A stretch of 64,000 bases of DNA. Origin: Zygnema circumcarinatum SAG 698-1b (taxonomy: Eukaryota > Plantae > Zygnematophyceae). The translations under genes were made by a program, and so were the position numbers. Under the pieces are notes generated by a model. It ran no database searches. It saw nothing but the letters and a program-made list of their open reading frames with translations, and was not told the origin of the DNA. The DNA is taken from contig CM074811.1 in NCBI GenBank assembly GCA_037447605.1, positions 2,480,001-2,544,000 of the forward strand, read 5' to 3'. This document shows, in pieces, positions 36,801 to 49,800 of this stretch (position 1 is its first letter; every line of letters begins with the position of its first letter).

Positions 36801-38606
36801 GGAACTTACGCACTAAGAGGGGGATTGCTGATGTGGGGTACATCAAGGTGTTGGTACTAGTTCCTCAGCATGAATGCTGTCCGAGATCAATGTTGGTATA
36901 GGGACAATGTCATATGCATGAACGGTCATAAGCTTGGTGAAGGACCTAACATGGGTGGTGCCCGACATTAGGGGCACGGGTACGCAGGTTTAGGAATAGT
37001 CTAGGGTCGTAGGTTTGCGGCTTAGACTTAGAACGAACCAAAGGGGGTGCGCGGAGTGCGCTTGGACGACGGAGCGCAGCCGTACGGACGGCGCGCGAAT
37101 TCGTACGGACGACGCGGGAAGTTTGCGGACGCTGAGATTTGGAAGCGCCGAGGCAGATTTTATGCAGTTTAAATGATTGTCGCATGTTGAGCAAAACGCT
37201 GCGATCTCTCGAAAGCGTGACGTGACGCAGGGGGTTCGCAATGTCGGAGAACTTGTGAATATTTGGAGGCGCTGATATCGCAGCGCCGTAGTGCGCGGGA
37301 GTACGGAGCTGCCAGTGGCTGGAGTGCGCCACGCAGTGCGCTGGAGTACCGAATGCACTATTGGGTCGCGCGCTGAGCGCCAAACGCTGGAGGGAGAAGT
37401 TGCGGCGCGGAAACGACAAGGGAATGTCGACGGCGAATCGAGACGCGCCATGTGGACCACTCGCGGAGTGGGTTTGCTGGCTCGATTGTACGGCAGAATG
37501 GTCGGCGGGTGAAGAATGCTAAGGAGGGCTGGCGAAGCGGCGGAACTGTATGGATGGACAAGAACTAGGTCGGTGCCATCGTAGGTTTACGAGGCGCACT
37601 AGCTGGTCGCTAATTCTCGCATGCCTACACTCGAATGCAGGTCGGGCCGCGACGTGACAATTGTGTCACGTCACATCGCCATGGTTGCTAAGAGAGAGCA
37701 GGCTTGGCTCTCACTACTACCAACTCGCTCAACTCTCTCTAATGTACGCTGCTCGGGTTGCTGGCTGTTTAGGAAGAGCAAGGTGAGGCCGAGGCGTAGA
37801 GGAGTCCCGCCTTGTGTATGGAGAGTGTCGTGGAGAATAGCTCATCATGCTGCTTTAGTAAATGGCTAGATGATGTGTCCCTCATGTGTTTATGTAGAGG
37901 AGGAGTTCATGGAGGCAGTAAGTGCTTGGCTACAGCACACGGCGTGTGTAGTCTATAAGAGAAAATGAAAGCGCTCAAGAGAGGACGAGAATCTAGCATA
38001 AGGGATTATGTGATTTCAAAGAGCTTGTATTATACTCTTTGAAGTTTAAGGAGTTTTATGGTCGTGGGCTTTCTCCTTACATCGCATCATTTGTCATGTG
38101 TGAGTCCTCGTAAGCTGGATTGGACGGTGGATGAGTGGGAGGCAGCCATTGTGGCTGGGCGTGTGTGTTGCTCCACATGAGGAGATCATTGAAGAAGCGT
38201 GGACTTGAGGAGCTGAGACCATGGAGGAGTTGGCGTTCTTGTAGGTGACGCGCTTAGTTTTCCGGCCAGGCGCACTGCAAGGGGGTGGATGGAAGGCGCT
38301 TTGTGGAGGAAGCGGTATGTGGCCCAAGTGGAAGATGAAGAAAGTTTTGAGCTTCATCCGGGCATGTATTTATCCCTTCCTTGAAGTCTGCCCTCGGGCC
38401 CTCCTTGCACCAACAACAACAAGTTAGTGCGTGTTCAATACAATGTCTAACTATGATACACTAACACTAACACTAAGTACTAAAAATCATCGCGCCCCCA
38501 AACCTAAACCGAACCAAACAGAAGTCAACTGTGCTAAGTCAACGGGTCAATGTTGCGAAGATTGACCCGTGGGGTTTACTAAAAAGGGCACTTCTTTGCA
38601 CGATTT

Positions 38607-41600
38607 TGTTGAAGCAGGGGTCTGCTCCCCACTTCCGGCGCCACCTCGGGTGTCGCCCTCCATTGGAACTTGAGTTCCCACGGATGAAGACATTCAAACA
38701 CTCAAAGCTCTATCTTACTTCACTCATCGCCCATAACAACAGAATGAAGCTACAAGACCAGCACAGCGGAAATCACAATGAGAGAGTGTTAGGAGAAAGC
38801 TCACTGCCTAAAACTCCTTATAATAAAACTGCCTTCCCACAATGTAGTGCTCCTCCCACCACTTCAAGGTCCCTCTTACTCACTACCTCACACACAAGTG
38901 TAGGCGCCTCTGAAGAAGACGAGTGTGTTCTGAGTAAGACCCAGACTAAGTGATGCAGTAGTGTAGGTGGATTGCTTCCTCATAGTAAAATCCACGCGAC
39001 TATATAATATGGCGTTCCCGTGACGCGGACACACATGTCACGCCGCTGGCCCCGCCATTGCAAAACCTATGACCTAGAAGTCCGGCGGGCGCACTCGTAA
39101 ATAATGACTCAGCTAGCTGCCTCAGAAACCTACGGGCGCGCCGCACTCAGTTCTTGTCGGTCGCATATCCGGCCCGCATGCCGCTACAGCCGCCAGCCGC
39201 TTCCTCAAGAAGCTCCGCCGGCCATCTCGCCGTGAGCATCACCCTCGCGACCCACATGTAGTGGTCCACGCGGGCGCATTCCGCTCGGGCCAGCTAAATA
39301 TTTTCCTATGTCGCTTCCGGGCTGGGCCGCAACTTTTGCGCCCGGGCTACGCCTGCCGCAGAACCAATCGTGAGTCGCCGCCCCGTATTCTCGCGCTGAC
39401 CCTACGCCGCGCTCACCAATCAAAGTTGCGCCACCGTATTCACTCCTATTTGTGTCACCGCCACACCAATCACGCCGCCGCTCAGACTACAGACCAAGGG
39501 CAAGACTCCACTCAAAGTCGAAAGCACCACATTACTAGATCTAAGAGCACTACGCCTAGTAGATCTCATGTTCTACAAACTGAGTACCACAACAAGTTAG
39601 TGTGTGCCATACAATGTCTAACTATCATACACTAACACTAACAATCCCCCTCTTGGGACTCAGCCCTCATGGCCCTAGCCCAATCAACGTGTTGTTCAAT
39701 TGCACTTCCCTACCGACTCTTAGTCAACATGTTCCAGCCTGCTCTTTGTTCCTACAAACTTCACCACTATCATCCCTTCCTCTACCAACTCTCGCACATA
39801 ATGATATTGCACCCTAATGTGCTTGGTTCTTTTATGGAACACAGGGTTTTCCATAAGAGCTATAGATGACTGTTGTCCGAAAAAAGAGTCAATGGTGTTT
39901 GTGGTCGCCATTCATCGCAAAGAAATAAAGAACCACATCCTCCTCGGCCAAGGGCACGCCCCATGTACTCTCCTTCGGTGCTCGACAGCGCCACCGAATC
40001 TTGTAACTTCGAGCTCCATGAGATCGCGCCTCCTCCGTTCAGGAACACAAATCCTAACATCGATCGTGACGTGTCCACGTCACCTCCCCAATCTGAGTCG
40101 GTGTATCCGATCACTCTAGTCGGCCCCCTCTCAAACCTGAGGCCGTAATCCAAGGACCCTTTCACGAATCTGAAGATCCGCTTCACGGCCTCCCAATGTT
40201 CAGGACCGGGATTCTCCATGAACCGACTTGGCCGGAAACTCACGCTTTGCCAAGTCAGACGCAGTACCTAACACGATACATTAAACTCCCCGATTGCCGA
40301 CTGCACGGGCACCACATTCTCGTATCTCCGCATCCGCTGGTGCATCATATCTTCGGCCAATCGCTCCGACTCCATCAAACTCGAAAGCAAAGACGCACTC
40401 CTCCATTTTGAACCTGGTAAGGTTCGCTACGCATTTTCCGACAAAGAAATAAGTCGCCGCCCCGCCTCTTCAACCGCATTCCTGGGGAGATATTGTGCCT
40501 CTAGATCCGGGACATTTTGAAGTTAGCTTCCAAAAGCTGTTTCAAATCATTGATTCTCTCCAATGAGAGGCTCACCATTATGAGGTCGTCCACGTAGATC
40601 CCAACGTACATGAGATCTGCCTCTTCCCCTTGTCGGTAGACGGAATGATCCGTCTCGAATCGCGCAAATCCGTTACTCCTCAAGAGGTCATCAATTTTCT
40701 CGTACCAAATCCTGGGCTACCGTTTTTACTGCATGCATTCTTCACAAGACGACAAATCTAGATACAAGTTTTGCCCCTCGACAACTTTCCCCTTCGGTTG
40801 TACCATGTAGATCTCACGAGACTTCCTCCTCGCACGTAAACGCGTCTTGATATCGAAGCTGATGCACGTGCATCCCTCGGCCGCCGCAATCGCATATTAT
40901 GGCACCTGAGTTGAACTTCACCACGGGGGCGAAGGTCTCCGTGTAGTCGATTCCGTACGCCTGGCTGAAGCCCTTCGCCACCAGACGCGCTTTGTAACGG
41001 TCGACGCTCCCGTCCGCCTTTCGCTTCACCTTGAACACCCACTTGCATCCAATAATGGCCCGCGTACCAAGTCGCCACGCGGCCGCTTCTCCAAAGAAAT
41101 CGTCTCCACTTCGCCGTCGACGCCGCTGCTCGCCACTTCTCTCTCCATCACTCGCCGTGGCGCCTCCTCAAAGGCTTGGCGGGTTCGGTGATCATAAAAC
41201 AGTGGCAGCTCCCATGGTGGTCCGCTGGAGTTCCTGTGAGGCACTCTTTTCCCCTGCATTCAGGTTATTCGCGAAGGCTCAGAAAGTGACTGCCTCTCAC
41301 CACACGGGTGCTCCTCCAGGTCCCGCGCCCGCCTCTCGTAAGTTGAAGAAAAACTCGACAAAACCCGAGAGGTATGCTCGACAACATAGCCTCTTTCTCA
41401 CCGCCTAAATCCTCGCATTCCCGCCTATGCAAAGGTACGGCTTCTCGCCGAGTTCTCCTCGGCTCTGACACAGAGTGTGTAGTGGTGCCGCTCAAGCCGA
41501 CGCCGCGCTCCCCGCTTGGCGCTCCTCGGTTCAACTCCCACGCCGCCTCCACGCTCGGCGCTAAGCTCCGCCCGCCCTCGCCTCGGGCGTACGGGACCTC

Positions 41601-44600
41601 CGGCCGGGACCCGAGACGCCCATGCCCTCTTCGCTGGTCTCCACATCCTCGTACACAATTTCCAAACCTGCCTTTGGGGTGCGGGTCTCACCTAGCCGAG
41701 TCACCGCCCCCTTCTCATCCACCGTGAATGTCTCGAAGCTCGCACTGTTTGTCGCCAAGGGTTCCACACCCTGCAGCGACCGCCCGATGTTGTAGCCGAA
41801 GGTACCCTTCCACGCCTCGGGTCAACTTCGCCGCCATGACTGCCGACCAGCAGCCGCCCAAAGGTCTTCAGGTGGGACAATCGCGCGGGTTTCCTCCCCA
41901 CCCACACCTTCGTGAACCCGACCTTGCTATTGCAGTAAGATGGCATCTATTTCTAAGGTAAGTTGCGGTCATCACCGCCTCTCCCCAAAAGGATGCCGGG
42001 AAGTGGGAATCTAACAGCATGGTTCGTGCCATGTCCCCCTGCCTTATTGACCCTCTCCTCAAGAAGCCCATTACTTTGAGAGGGAGAGTAAGGAGCAGAA
42101 GTACCATGCCTTTATTCCGCGAAGCCTCTTCAAGTACCCGGGCCGAATCTCCTCGGACTTGAATTCTCCTGTTGTTCTGAAAGCCAGCTGTCTTCAGTTT
42201 CCGACCGCTTCCATCTCGAAGTTCACACCAAAAGTCTCAAAGTTTCAGACTTGTACTTGAGAATTTTCACCCAAATTTTCCTCGAAAAATCATCAAGGAA
42301 GGTGATGAAGTAGCGAGCTCCTCCACTCGTTGCCGGTGTCACGGGGCCACACAAATCGGTATGTACCAATTCCAGTTTCTTCTGCGCGTGAAATGACTCC
42401 TCTCCACTCCTCGAAAAGGGTCTCCTATGCGCCTTCCCTCTACACACTCTTTGCAAAAGCCTAGCTCCTTCTCAACTATGTCAATGTCTAACCCGCGGAC
42501 CAGCCCCTTTGCAGCAAGCTGTTGCAGTCCCCTATGGTTTAGATGACCAAGTCTACGATGCCAAAGATTTACTGCACCCTCAGTTACAGCCATCACACCC
42601 TCATCTTCTTCTCTCCTATAATGAAGGTAATACAGGCCTCCCTTCTCATACCCCTCAAACAGCCGCTTCCCCGACTCCAAGTGAGTAGCTACGCAAGACT
42701 TCTCCTTAAAGGTGACTTCGTACCCCCTCTTACATACTTGACTGACTGACATGAAGTTCTGTTTCAGATCACGGGTGTGAAGTACCGCCAATCGGCGTAC
42801 AACCGCTTTTCTTCTTCGTGATGACAGAAAGCCGCTCAGGATCATCACCTTTACTACTCTCCCTTTGTAATCGCTACCTCTCCGGGTTGCCGAGTGAAGA
42901 TCTGGTCCTTCCAAGGTGTCCAGCGAGAACATTCGCTTGTCGCCACACATGTGCGTGGAAGCGCCAGAGTCGATCAGCCATGGCCGCTTCAGATCCGCAA
43001 CCTGGATCTTCCCAACAAAATCAGAATGTTCAGTCAGCATGAGATTCGTCTCCACCGCCACTCTGCAATCTGTGCTCTTGTGGCCTCGCTTCTTGCATTT
43101 GAAGCAGATTCCCTTGAATCCCTTCTTGACGGATGACGATGCTCCCCACCCCTCATCTTGGGTGTTCTGTTTTGTAAATAGCCGCCAAGAAGTGGCCCGC
43201 CTTGCCGCACGTAACACGCCTCCCCGTAGGGCGTTCCCACGGTTCCCGCCTCGCACTTCCTCTTCAACTTGTCGCGGAGTGCGCTGCCAACACCTTCTCC
43301 TCGGTGCCCCCAACGTCTTGGACAGTGTTCTCCTCCTTGATCCTCCGTTTCACTTGCTCAAGGGTCATCACGGTGTTCGTTAGAACAGTCCTAAGAGCTG
43401 CAACTGCTACATCAAATCGGCCAGGCAGTCCCCCTAGAAACTGGCTGATTTTATGGTCTCCCTCTAACGTTTTTGCAAAGGGCTATGAATCTCCATTAGA
43501 GTATCGACCACCATATATTCATTCAGCCTTCTCTCCGAGGACATCTTGTTTTCCCAAGCCGCGTGTGTGTAAAGGCTGACTATTGTTACGTTATCCTTTA
43601 CGTCATACATCTCCTCTAAGCATCTCCACATAGCATGTGAAGTCTTAAGGTCATACAGCATGGAAGAGGGACTTCCCCTCACGCTCATGACGATCTGGGT
43701 GAGGGCCTTGTTGTCCTTGGTCCTCCATCTGGCGAGCGCTGTGTCGAATTCGGACCGCCGCCCGCCAAATGGCTCCTCCACCGCTGCACCGGGTGCCTTG
43801 ATGGTGTCAGGCCAACGCATTCCCAACAGCCCCCTTGCCCACAAGCAAAGGAACCAGCCGCCATCTCCACCCCTTGTAGTCCGAACCATCGAACGCTGGG
43901 ATGTTGAACTTCACGTGGTCCTCCTCGCCACCTTGGGCTCTGATACCACTTGTTGAAGCAGGGGTCTGCTCCCCACTCGCGCCACCTCGGTGTCGCCCTC
44001 CATTGGAACTTCTTGAGTTCCCAATGGATGAAGACATTCAAACACTCTCAAAAGCTCTATCTTACTTCACCTATCACTCATAACAAATGTAATGAAGCTA
44101 CAAGACCAAAGACATTGAAATCACAATGAGAGAAAGTGTTAGAGAAAGCTCACCAGCCTAAAACTCCTGGCGGCCAAAAATCGCTCTTCCTTAATAATGA
44201 AGTTCTCCCACCACTGCTGTCCCTCTTACTACTACTTACCTAATACAAGTGTAAAGTACCAAGAAGACGCAGGTTCTCGAAAGTAAGACCCGGTGACTAT
44301 GATGTGTAGTAGTGTGTGTGATTGCTTCCCATAGTAAAACTATACGCTACTGCGCGGTTGAGGGGAGATTCGTGACGGACACACACATGTCACGTCAAGG
44401 CCCGCCATTGCAAACCCATAGACCGAGTCCGAAAGTGGGCGATCGTAAATAAATGGGACAGCTAGTTGCCTTCGGTGAAACCTACGGCGCGCCACCTAGT
44501 TCTTGTCGGATCGCATATCCGGCCCCGCGAGCAAGCCAAGCTACAACAGCCTTCGCGCCCGCCTCACGGTCTCGGCCGTGGTGACACCGGAACTCGCTGG

Positions 44601-45000
44601 ACCCACATTGCGAAAGTGGTCCACGGGCGCATTCGTTAGTCACAAATATCTTCCATGTCGCTTCCTCAAGGCCAGCATCCTGCGCCAGCCTCATGCCCGC
44701 CGCCGCTGCATCATCTCACCGAATCGCCAAGGTCCAGACGACCACGTCAGCGCCTCACTAATCGGGGAAGCTGGCGCTGCTCAGACTCCACTTTACTTGT
44801 GTCACCGCCACACTCAATCAAGCCACGGGCTGCTCAGACTACAAGACTCAAGGGCGCGACCTCAAACAAAGTCAGAGCACCCCATATTGGCCAGGGATCT
44901 AAGAGCACACGCCAGCGTGATCTCATGTTCTACAAACTGAGTACCACAACAAGTTAGTGTGTGCCATACAATGTCTAACTATCATACACTAACACTAACA
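38607..45000 (-). mobile_element. Ty1/copia element 4, full-length structure, frameshifted
   Basis: LTRs 38607-39643 and 43951-45000; PBS TGGTATCAGAGC on - at ~43937-43948; PPT rc at 39644; gag knuckle CFKCKKRGHKSTDC, protease WLIDSGASTHMCGDK, LWHRRLGHL, LELVHTDLCGP; exact TSD GATTT at 38602-38606 and 45001-45005. Confidence 0.95.
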
Positions 45001-45256
45001 GATTTTGTTCGCACCCAAAAGAGGCACCAAAATGGACGTGCGAAGAAAATACTGGCAAAAATCGCGGCCAACGGATTTCATGGTTGTTTTTCCCCGGCCC
45101 CGCCAAGGCCGCTGCTCTCAGGCGGACGCCGCCAACACCACACAACGGCGTACCCCATACACACGCTGTTTCTAGTGCCTGAGGGCCCCGCTGCGGAGGG
45201 CTGGGTTGCCAAGACGCGGGCGCTTTGGAGAAGTGCTAAGACGGACAAGGAGTGAA

Positions 45257-45817
45257 TAGGGCGTGTCGACGTAAAATTTCGTATTACTAAAATTCGGCAT
45301 TCGGTAATATTTCGAAGGCCAACGCTGCGAAATTTCGAGTATAAGTTTTTTCAGACCGCGCGTCCTGTTCGCACTACGACGCCGCTCGCATCTCCAAACG
45401 CCGCTTCGGGCTTACTTCGCCGCTACGTGGGCCCTCGCATTCTAGAAACAGTGCCGATGCGCGCCGCTGGTACCTTGTCGCTAGGCGTCGAAGGCGCTGT
45501 CACGGGCGATGCTGGGCGCCGGTGGGAAGCCGAAAATAACTATGACCGCCACGCTGGACGCTGATTCCCGCCAGTATTTTCGCGACGCCCATTTTGGCGC
45601 TTCTTTTGGTGCGTAACAAAATCGCGGCAAAGAAGTGCCCTTAAGAAACCCCACTCAGTCACCTTCGCAATGTTGACCCGTTGACTTAGCATAGTTGACT
45701 TCTGTTCGGTTCGGTTTAGGTTCGGGGGCGCGATGATTTTTAGTACTTTGTAACCTCGATTCTCGTAATACTAAAAACTCGATATTCGTAACATTTTGTT
45801 AAGTCTGACACCCCCTA
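45257..45817 (-). mobile_element. TAGGG-ended MITE copy 2 (intact, ~560 bp; hAT-like or TA-targeting, superfamily unresolved)
   Basis: TIRs TAGGGCGTGTC (45257) and GACACCCCCTA (ending 45817). It supplies the empty-site sequence for both copia insertions in copy 1. No clean TSD. Confidence 0.75.
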
Positions 45818-46491
45818 ATAGGCAAAAATCGGGCGAAAATATTGTATTTGGCAAATATAAGGTCGGTGTTACCAATAGGCGAGCGGAATTATGTTAGAGT
45901 TCATGTATGTCCGTGTGTATCGTGTCGTATTGTAGCGTATCGTATCGTATCGTTCTTTGGCATATCGCTGTCATTATTGTATCTCATTATATTGGCAAAA
46001 GCACATACGATTACATAGAAACGCGCCTTAGCGTTCTTGAGGCTGACAAACCAAAAGCTTTGAGCCCGGCGCGGCGCTACTTACGGCTTTCATTACGGCT
46101 GAAATCACGGATAGTACCGTGTCGAGTAGTATTGTATCGTGCTCCGAAGCCAAGAAGAAGTGGAGAGCCCGGCGCCTCTTCTGTGTGCGTCGCGAGGGAG
46201 GGAATAGGTGAGTTTGCGTAAGCCCGTGTCGGCTAGGTACGAAAGCTAGTACGGAAGGAGTACGGTGAAATGCGGCTAGTCTGATTGAATGCGGTTAGTT
46301 CGAATAGTACGGCTAACACAAGTTACCGTACAAAAAGGTGGTTTTGGCAAAATCGGGGCGAATTTCTTGGGGACGCACTTTTGATGGTGGAAAATATGAC
46401 GGGGTCCTACTGTACTCGAGATCGCCCGCTTCCATGGCTCGCAGAACAGGAGAGGCACCGTTTAACGTGACACGAGGAAAATTCTGAAATC

Positions 46492-46725
46492 CATGTACTT
46501 TTGATGGCATCGCCATCGACAGATCAATGCCACATCCCGCCTTTCGTAAACGCTTTTTCAAACCTTCGCGGCTGCTTTTAGGGCTGCGTTGTTTTGGCCT
46601 AGGCGTAGCTTTCATGTCTTAGATTTTTTCTTTTGTCCTTAGGTCCTTTGCAACCAGTTCTTTCGTGGTTCCCCATGATGATTTTATCCATGTTCATTTG
46701 ATGGCATCGCATCGAGAGATCAATG
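46492..46725 (+). mobile_element. Two truncated 3'-end copies of the CRE-like LINE (46492-46529, 46563-46725)
   Basis: Both end in the ...CATTTGATGGCATCGC(C)ATCG...AGATCAATG motif. 46563-46725 is an inverted copy of 46812-46973. Confidence 0.65.
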
Positions 46726-46811
46726 ACACATCTCTCCCTTTTTCAATCGGAGATTTATGCCAGTTCTCCCTCTCTTTTTCAATTTCCCATTTCACTATTG
46801 AAGCAAACTTT

Positions 46812-49800
46812 CATTGAACTCGCGATGGCGAGGCCATCAAATGTACATGGATAAAGGCAAAATGTGGAACCACGAAGGACTGGTCACAAAGGACCGAAAC
46901 ACAATAAAACGAAGCTAGGAGCGGAAAACTACGCCTAGGCACAACAATGCAGCCCTAGAAGCAGCCGCGAAGGTCACGATGTGAGCACGGTCGGCGGGAG
47001 GGAACGGCGGAGGTCCACCGGCTCGTCACCAACGGCTCAAGCACGCCGAAGAACGTCGAGCAGCGCTGAAGGCAGCGCAAAAATGCGTTTGTGGAAATGG
47101 CCATCACCAAGTGGCAAGGAGAGGCTTGAGCCGTGCATCTGGAGGGCGATGATCGAGGAAGGTATCGGCTCTCAAGCAGCCAAAGTCTGGGATAGCATCA
47201 AGAACAGACTCCAGCCCCAGCTGCATCACAAGTGTAGCATGTGCACGCTCCCTTCGAAGGCGCATCGCGAGGCCGCGCCTTCATGATGTGCTGCACGTGA
47301 CAATAAATCACGCAGGTTCGGTCGGCAGCACAATATCCCGAATCCGCAGGGCACATCCCATGAGGCCAAATGGGCAAACTCCAGCTCACCACGAATGATC
47401 CATCAGCGTGGGGACACCGGGTAGCTCGGCTCCGTGGCACAAGGTAGTTAGCTTTTTGAGCCACCGCAGCAATCGCGTCAACACAACATTGTGACCAAAA
47501 CTGCGTCGCCCCGTGCACATCAAAGTGAGTGACGCACTCACATCAATCAAATCACCACAAACACAACGAGGAGAACCCTGCAATGGCAGATGGGGGAGCC
47601 CGAGGCAAAGTCACAATCAACTGAAACCCACCTGGGTGGAGCAAAGATGAAGACCTGGGTAACAGCAACCAGGCCCAGTCAAACCCACACAAGCAAAGCC
47701 AGTCAGCAACATGAGAGGAAGAGCCGCAATAATGGAGACTCAACAGCAACAACCTAGTCAATCAATGTATGGACACATGGAGAAACTGGGCAAGCAGAGG
47801 AGCAAAGCAACGGGGCGCAGCAAAGCCTGAGCACTGGCAGGAAGCAAACCATGGGCGTCACGCAATGCAACCTGAAACAGAAGATCACCATCATCCCAGA
47901 CAGTGAGCGACAGCAACTGAGGCAGGACGATGGCCACGATGAACACAAAGCCAAAATAGGAGCGCAAGACCCAACTGTCCCAGAGGCCAGGCAGCACAGT
48001 GCAAGGATGAGTCCTAAAGCCAGCCACCGGAGTCAGGAGCAAGGCTTGCGTGCCGTGGCAAACCCTCCAAGTAGAACCGACAGAATCCGAAAGGCGATGA
48101 CATGCAGAAAACAAGCACTCATCAAAAGATTGCAATGACTCAAGGAAAGCAAGGTTAGGAGGGAGAGTTACTTAAAAGGTATGACGGACGCAAACAAAAC
48201 AACGAGTAAGCAAAGAAAAAGCCACTGAGGATCTGAGAAAGATGTGGAAGCTGATCGAGCCTGGGCGTGTCCTCAACCAAAGCATCATCAACAAAGCGAT
48301 CAACATAAGATGCAACGTCAAAAGGGCGTTTAAACACCTAATACCAATTCCATCAAAGACAAGTCCGATACCCGCCAAGGGAGCGTGAAAAGGGTGAGCG
48401 GGATACCAAATCCGTAGACCAAGCAAAACACTTCGACAATTCTATCATTAAAACGATAGCGCCAATCGAGTAGTAAAATCGCGAACGCCAAGAATCCACT
48501 GGGTCGGCCAGGCCACGATATGAGTATCGCCGCCACCGATGGAAAGGCAGCCCTCGAAAAGCCCTCGGTGCGTCGAAGCTCACGCGACGCATGTGCGCCC
48601 AAAGCTTAACAAAGGACCTCCTAAGGGTCGCTTTGAGCGGTCCCTGGGCCGCAGACTCCGCGCCCTACCCAACACCCAAATGCAGACGCCAAGAGGAAAA
48701 AGGAGCGGGCTCGAACGAGAATAAAATGTGCGCACAAACGGAAAAAGGGACGCAATCGGTGCAGGGGCCTCTCCTAACTCGCGAAAAATCTCATGACGAT
48801 CCACCGTATTAAAAGCGTTTGTCACATCAACCTGCAAAACAACCCAATCAGGGTGAAGATCCAACGTCGCACGAATGCCATGAACTACGGCCTNGCAGCC
48901 CCCAGGGGTCGCNACACCAAACTGGTAAGGGGAAAAATGATCACGAAAGGCCCACATGCTTAAAAACACATAAGCGAGCAACCATGCGACCACAAAACCT
49001 CCCCCTACGACTATGGGGCGAACTCCCCTGCGAGGCTTAGCAAGGGCAACCAAGCAGTGGCGTAAGAATATGACTCGCAGGACGAGGAACCGCGACCTGC
49101 GATATGACACAAGCAAAATTTGAAAAAGCAAACCAAACCCACTATCCCCAAGGTCTATGGAAAAACACATCGCAAAGCAACTCATAAACCACACAAAGGC
49201 CCCCTTCCAACAAATGAGGAGACGGTAACGCCCGGAATGAAGGACGCGATCAAGCACAACAACCGACGGGCTCAAAAGTGTCGATGAAGGAAGGGACATC
49301 GCGGGCGCATACGGATGGAGGCCCGAAGGCGATCCAAAGTGTGATTTTGTTAGCGGGACGTAAAGGGTGGAGAGCGCGGGCGCGACGTTCCCGCATGGGC
49401 TGGCTGAAGCCCCGCGAGGGTGTCGCGGAGGCGGTGCCGAGAAGGGAAGGCGGCGAGTCGCGCGGACACCGCAGGGCACGGATGCGGTGGGGTGCTCGGC
49501 CTGCGGAGAGCTTCCCGTCCCCAGCGAGAAACGAAGAACATGACGACGGGTCTCGCGACGGCGCTGGCCCTCACGAGGGGCGGAGTGGGACCCAAAGGGG
49601 AGAGAAGAAGGACATGCCATGCAGCGACGTCTAATGGATCACGCGGCAAGGGCGGCAAGAGGCAACAAACATCGCAAACACGAAGCACCGCAAACCCCGT
49701 GGGATGCGGCGTGAAGAGCAACGAACCCGACAAAACGACCCAAGGCATCTAAAGCCAAGCGTGCGATCCAGGGGCACCGGGGCTCAGCCCGACATGCAAA

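Larger units (their letters stand above)
31091..38415 (+). mobile_element. LTR element family C (~1.6-kb LTRs, heavily decayed copia-like interior)
   Basis: LTRs 31091-32662 and 36826-38415; PPT AAGAGGGGGAT 36815-36825; relic ERLKARLVA at ~35865-35895. TSD imperfect (ATAAC vs ACAAC). Confidence 0.8.
24006..38472 (-). mobile_element. Ty1/copia element 3 with two nested insertions
   Basis: Exact TSD CTAAG at 24001-24005 and 38473-38477; left LTR 24006-25890; PPT rc at 25891; RNase [49 protein letters not shown], integrase SPQSNGATERVNRTL. Right LTR 30241-31090 plus 38416-38472. Confidence 0.93.
23934..45255 (+). mobile_element. TAGGG-ended MITE copy 1 (pieces 23934-24005, 38473-38606, 45001-45255), carrying two copia insertions
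   Basis: The three pieces join into the reverse complement of the intact copy at 45257-45817. The final ~100 bp including the TIR is missing. Confidence 0.8.
23902..46412. mobile_element. pogo/Tc1-mariner-like MITE copy 2, split by ~21.9 kb of nested insertions
   Basis: Perfect 27-bp TIRs CAGTAGGACCCCGTCATATTTTCCACC (23902-23928) and its reverse complement (46386-46412), each flanked by TA. The body at 45820-46412 matches copy 1 (281-818). Confidence 0.8.
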
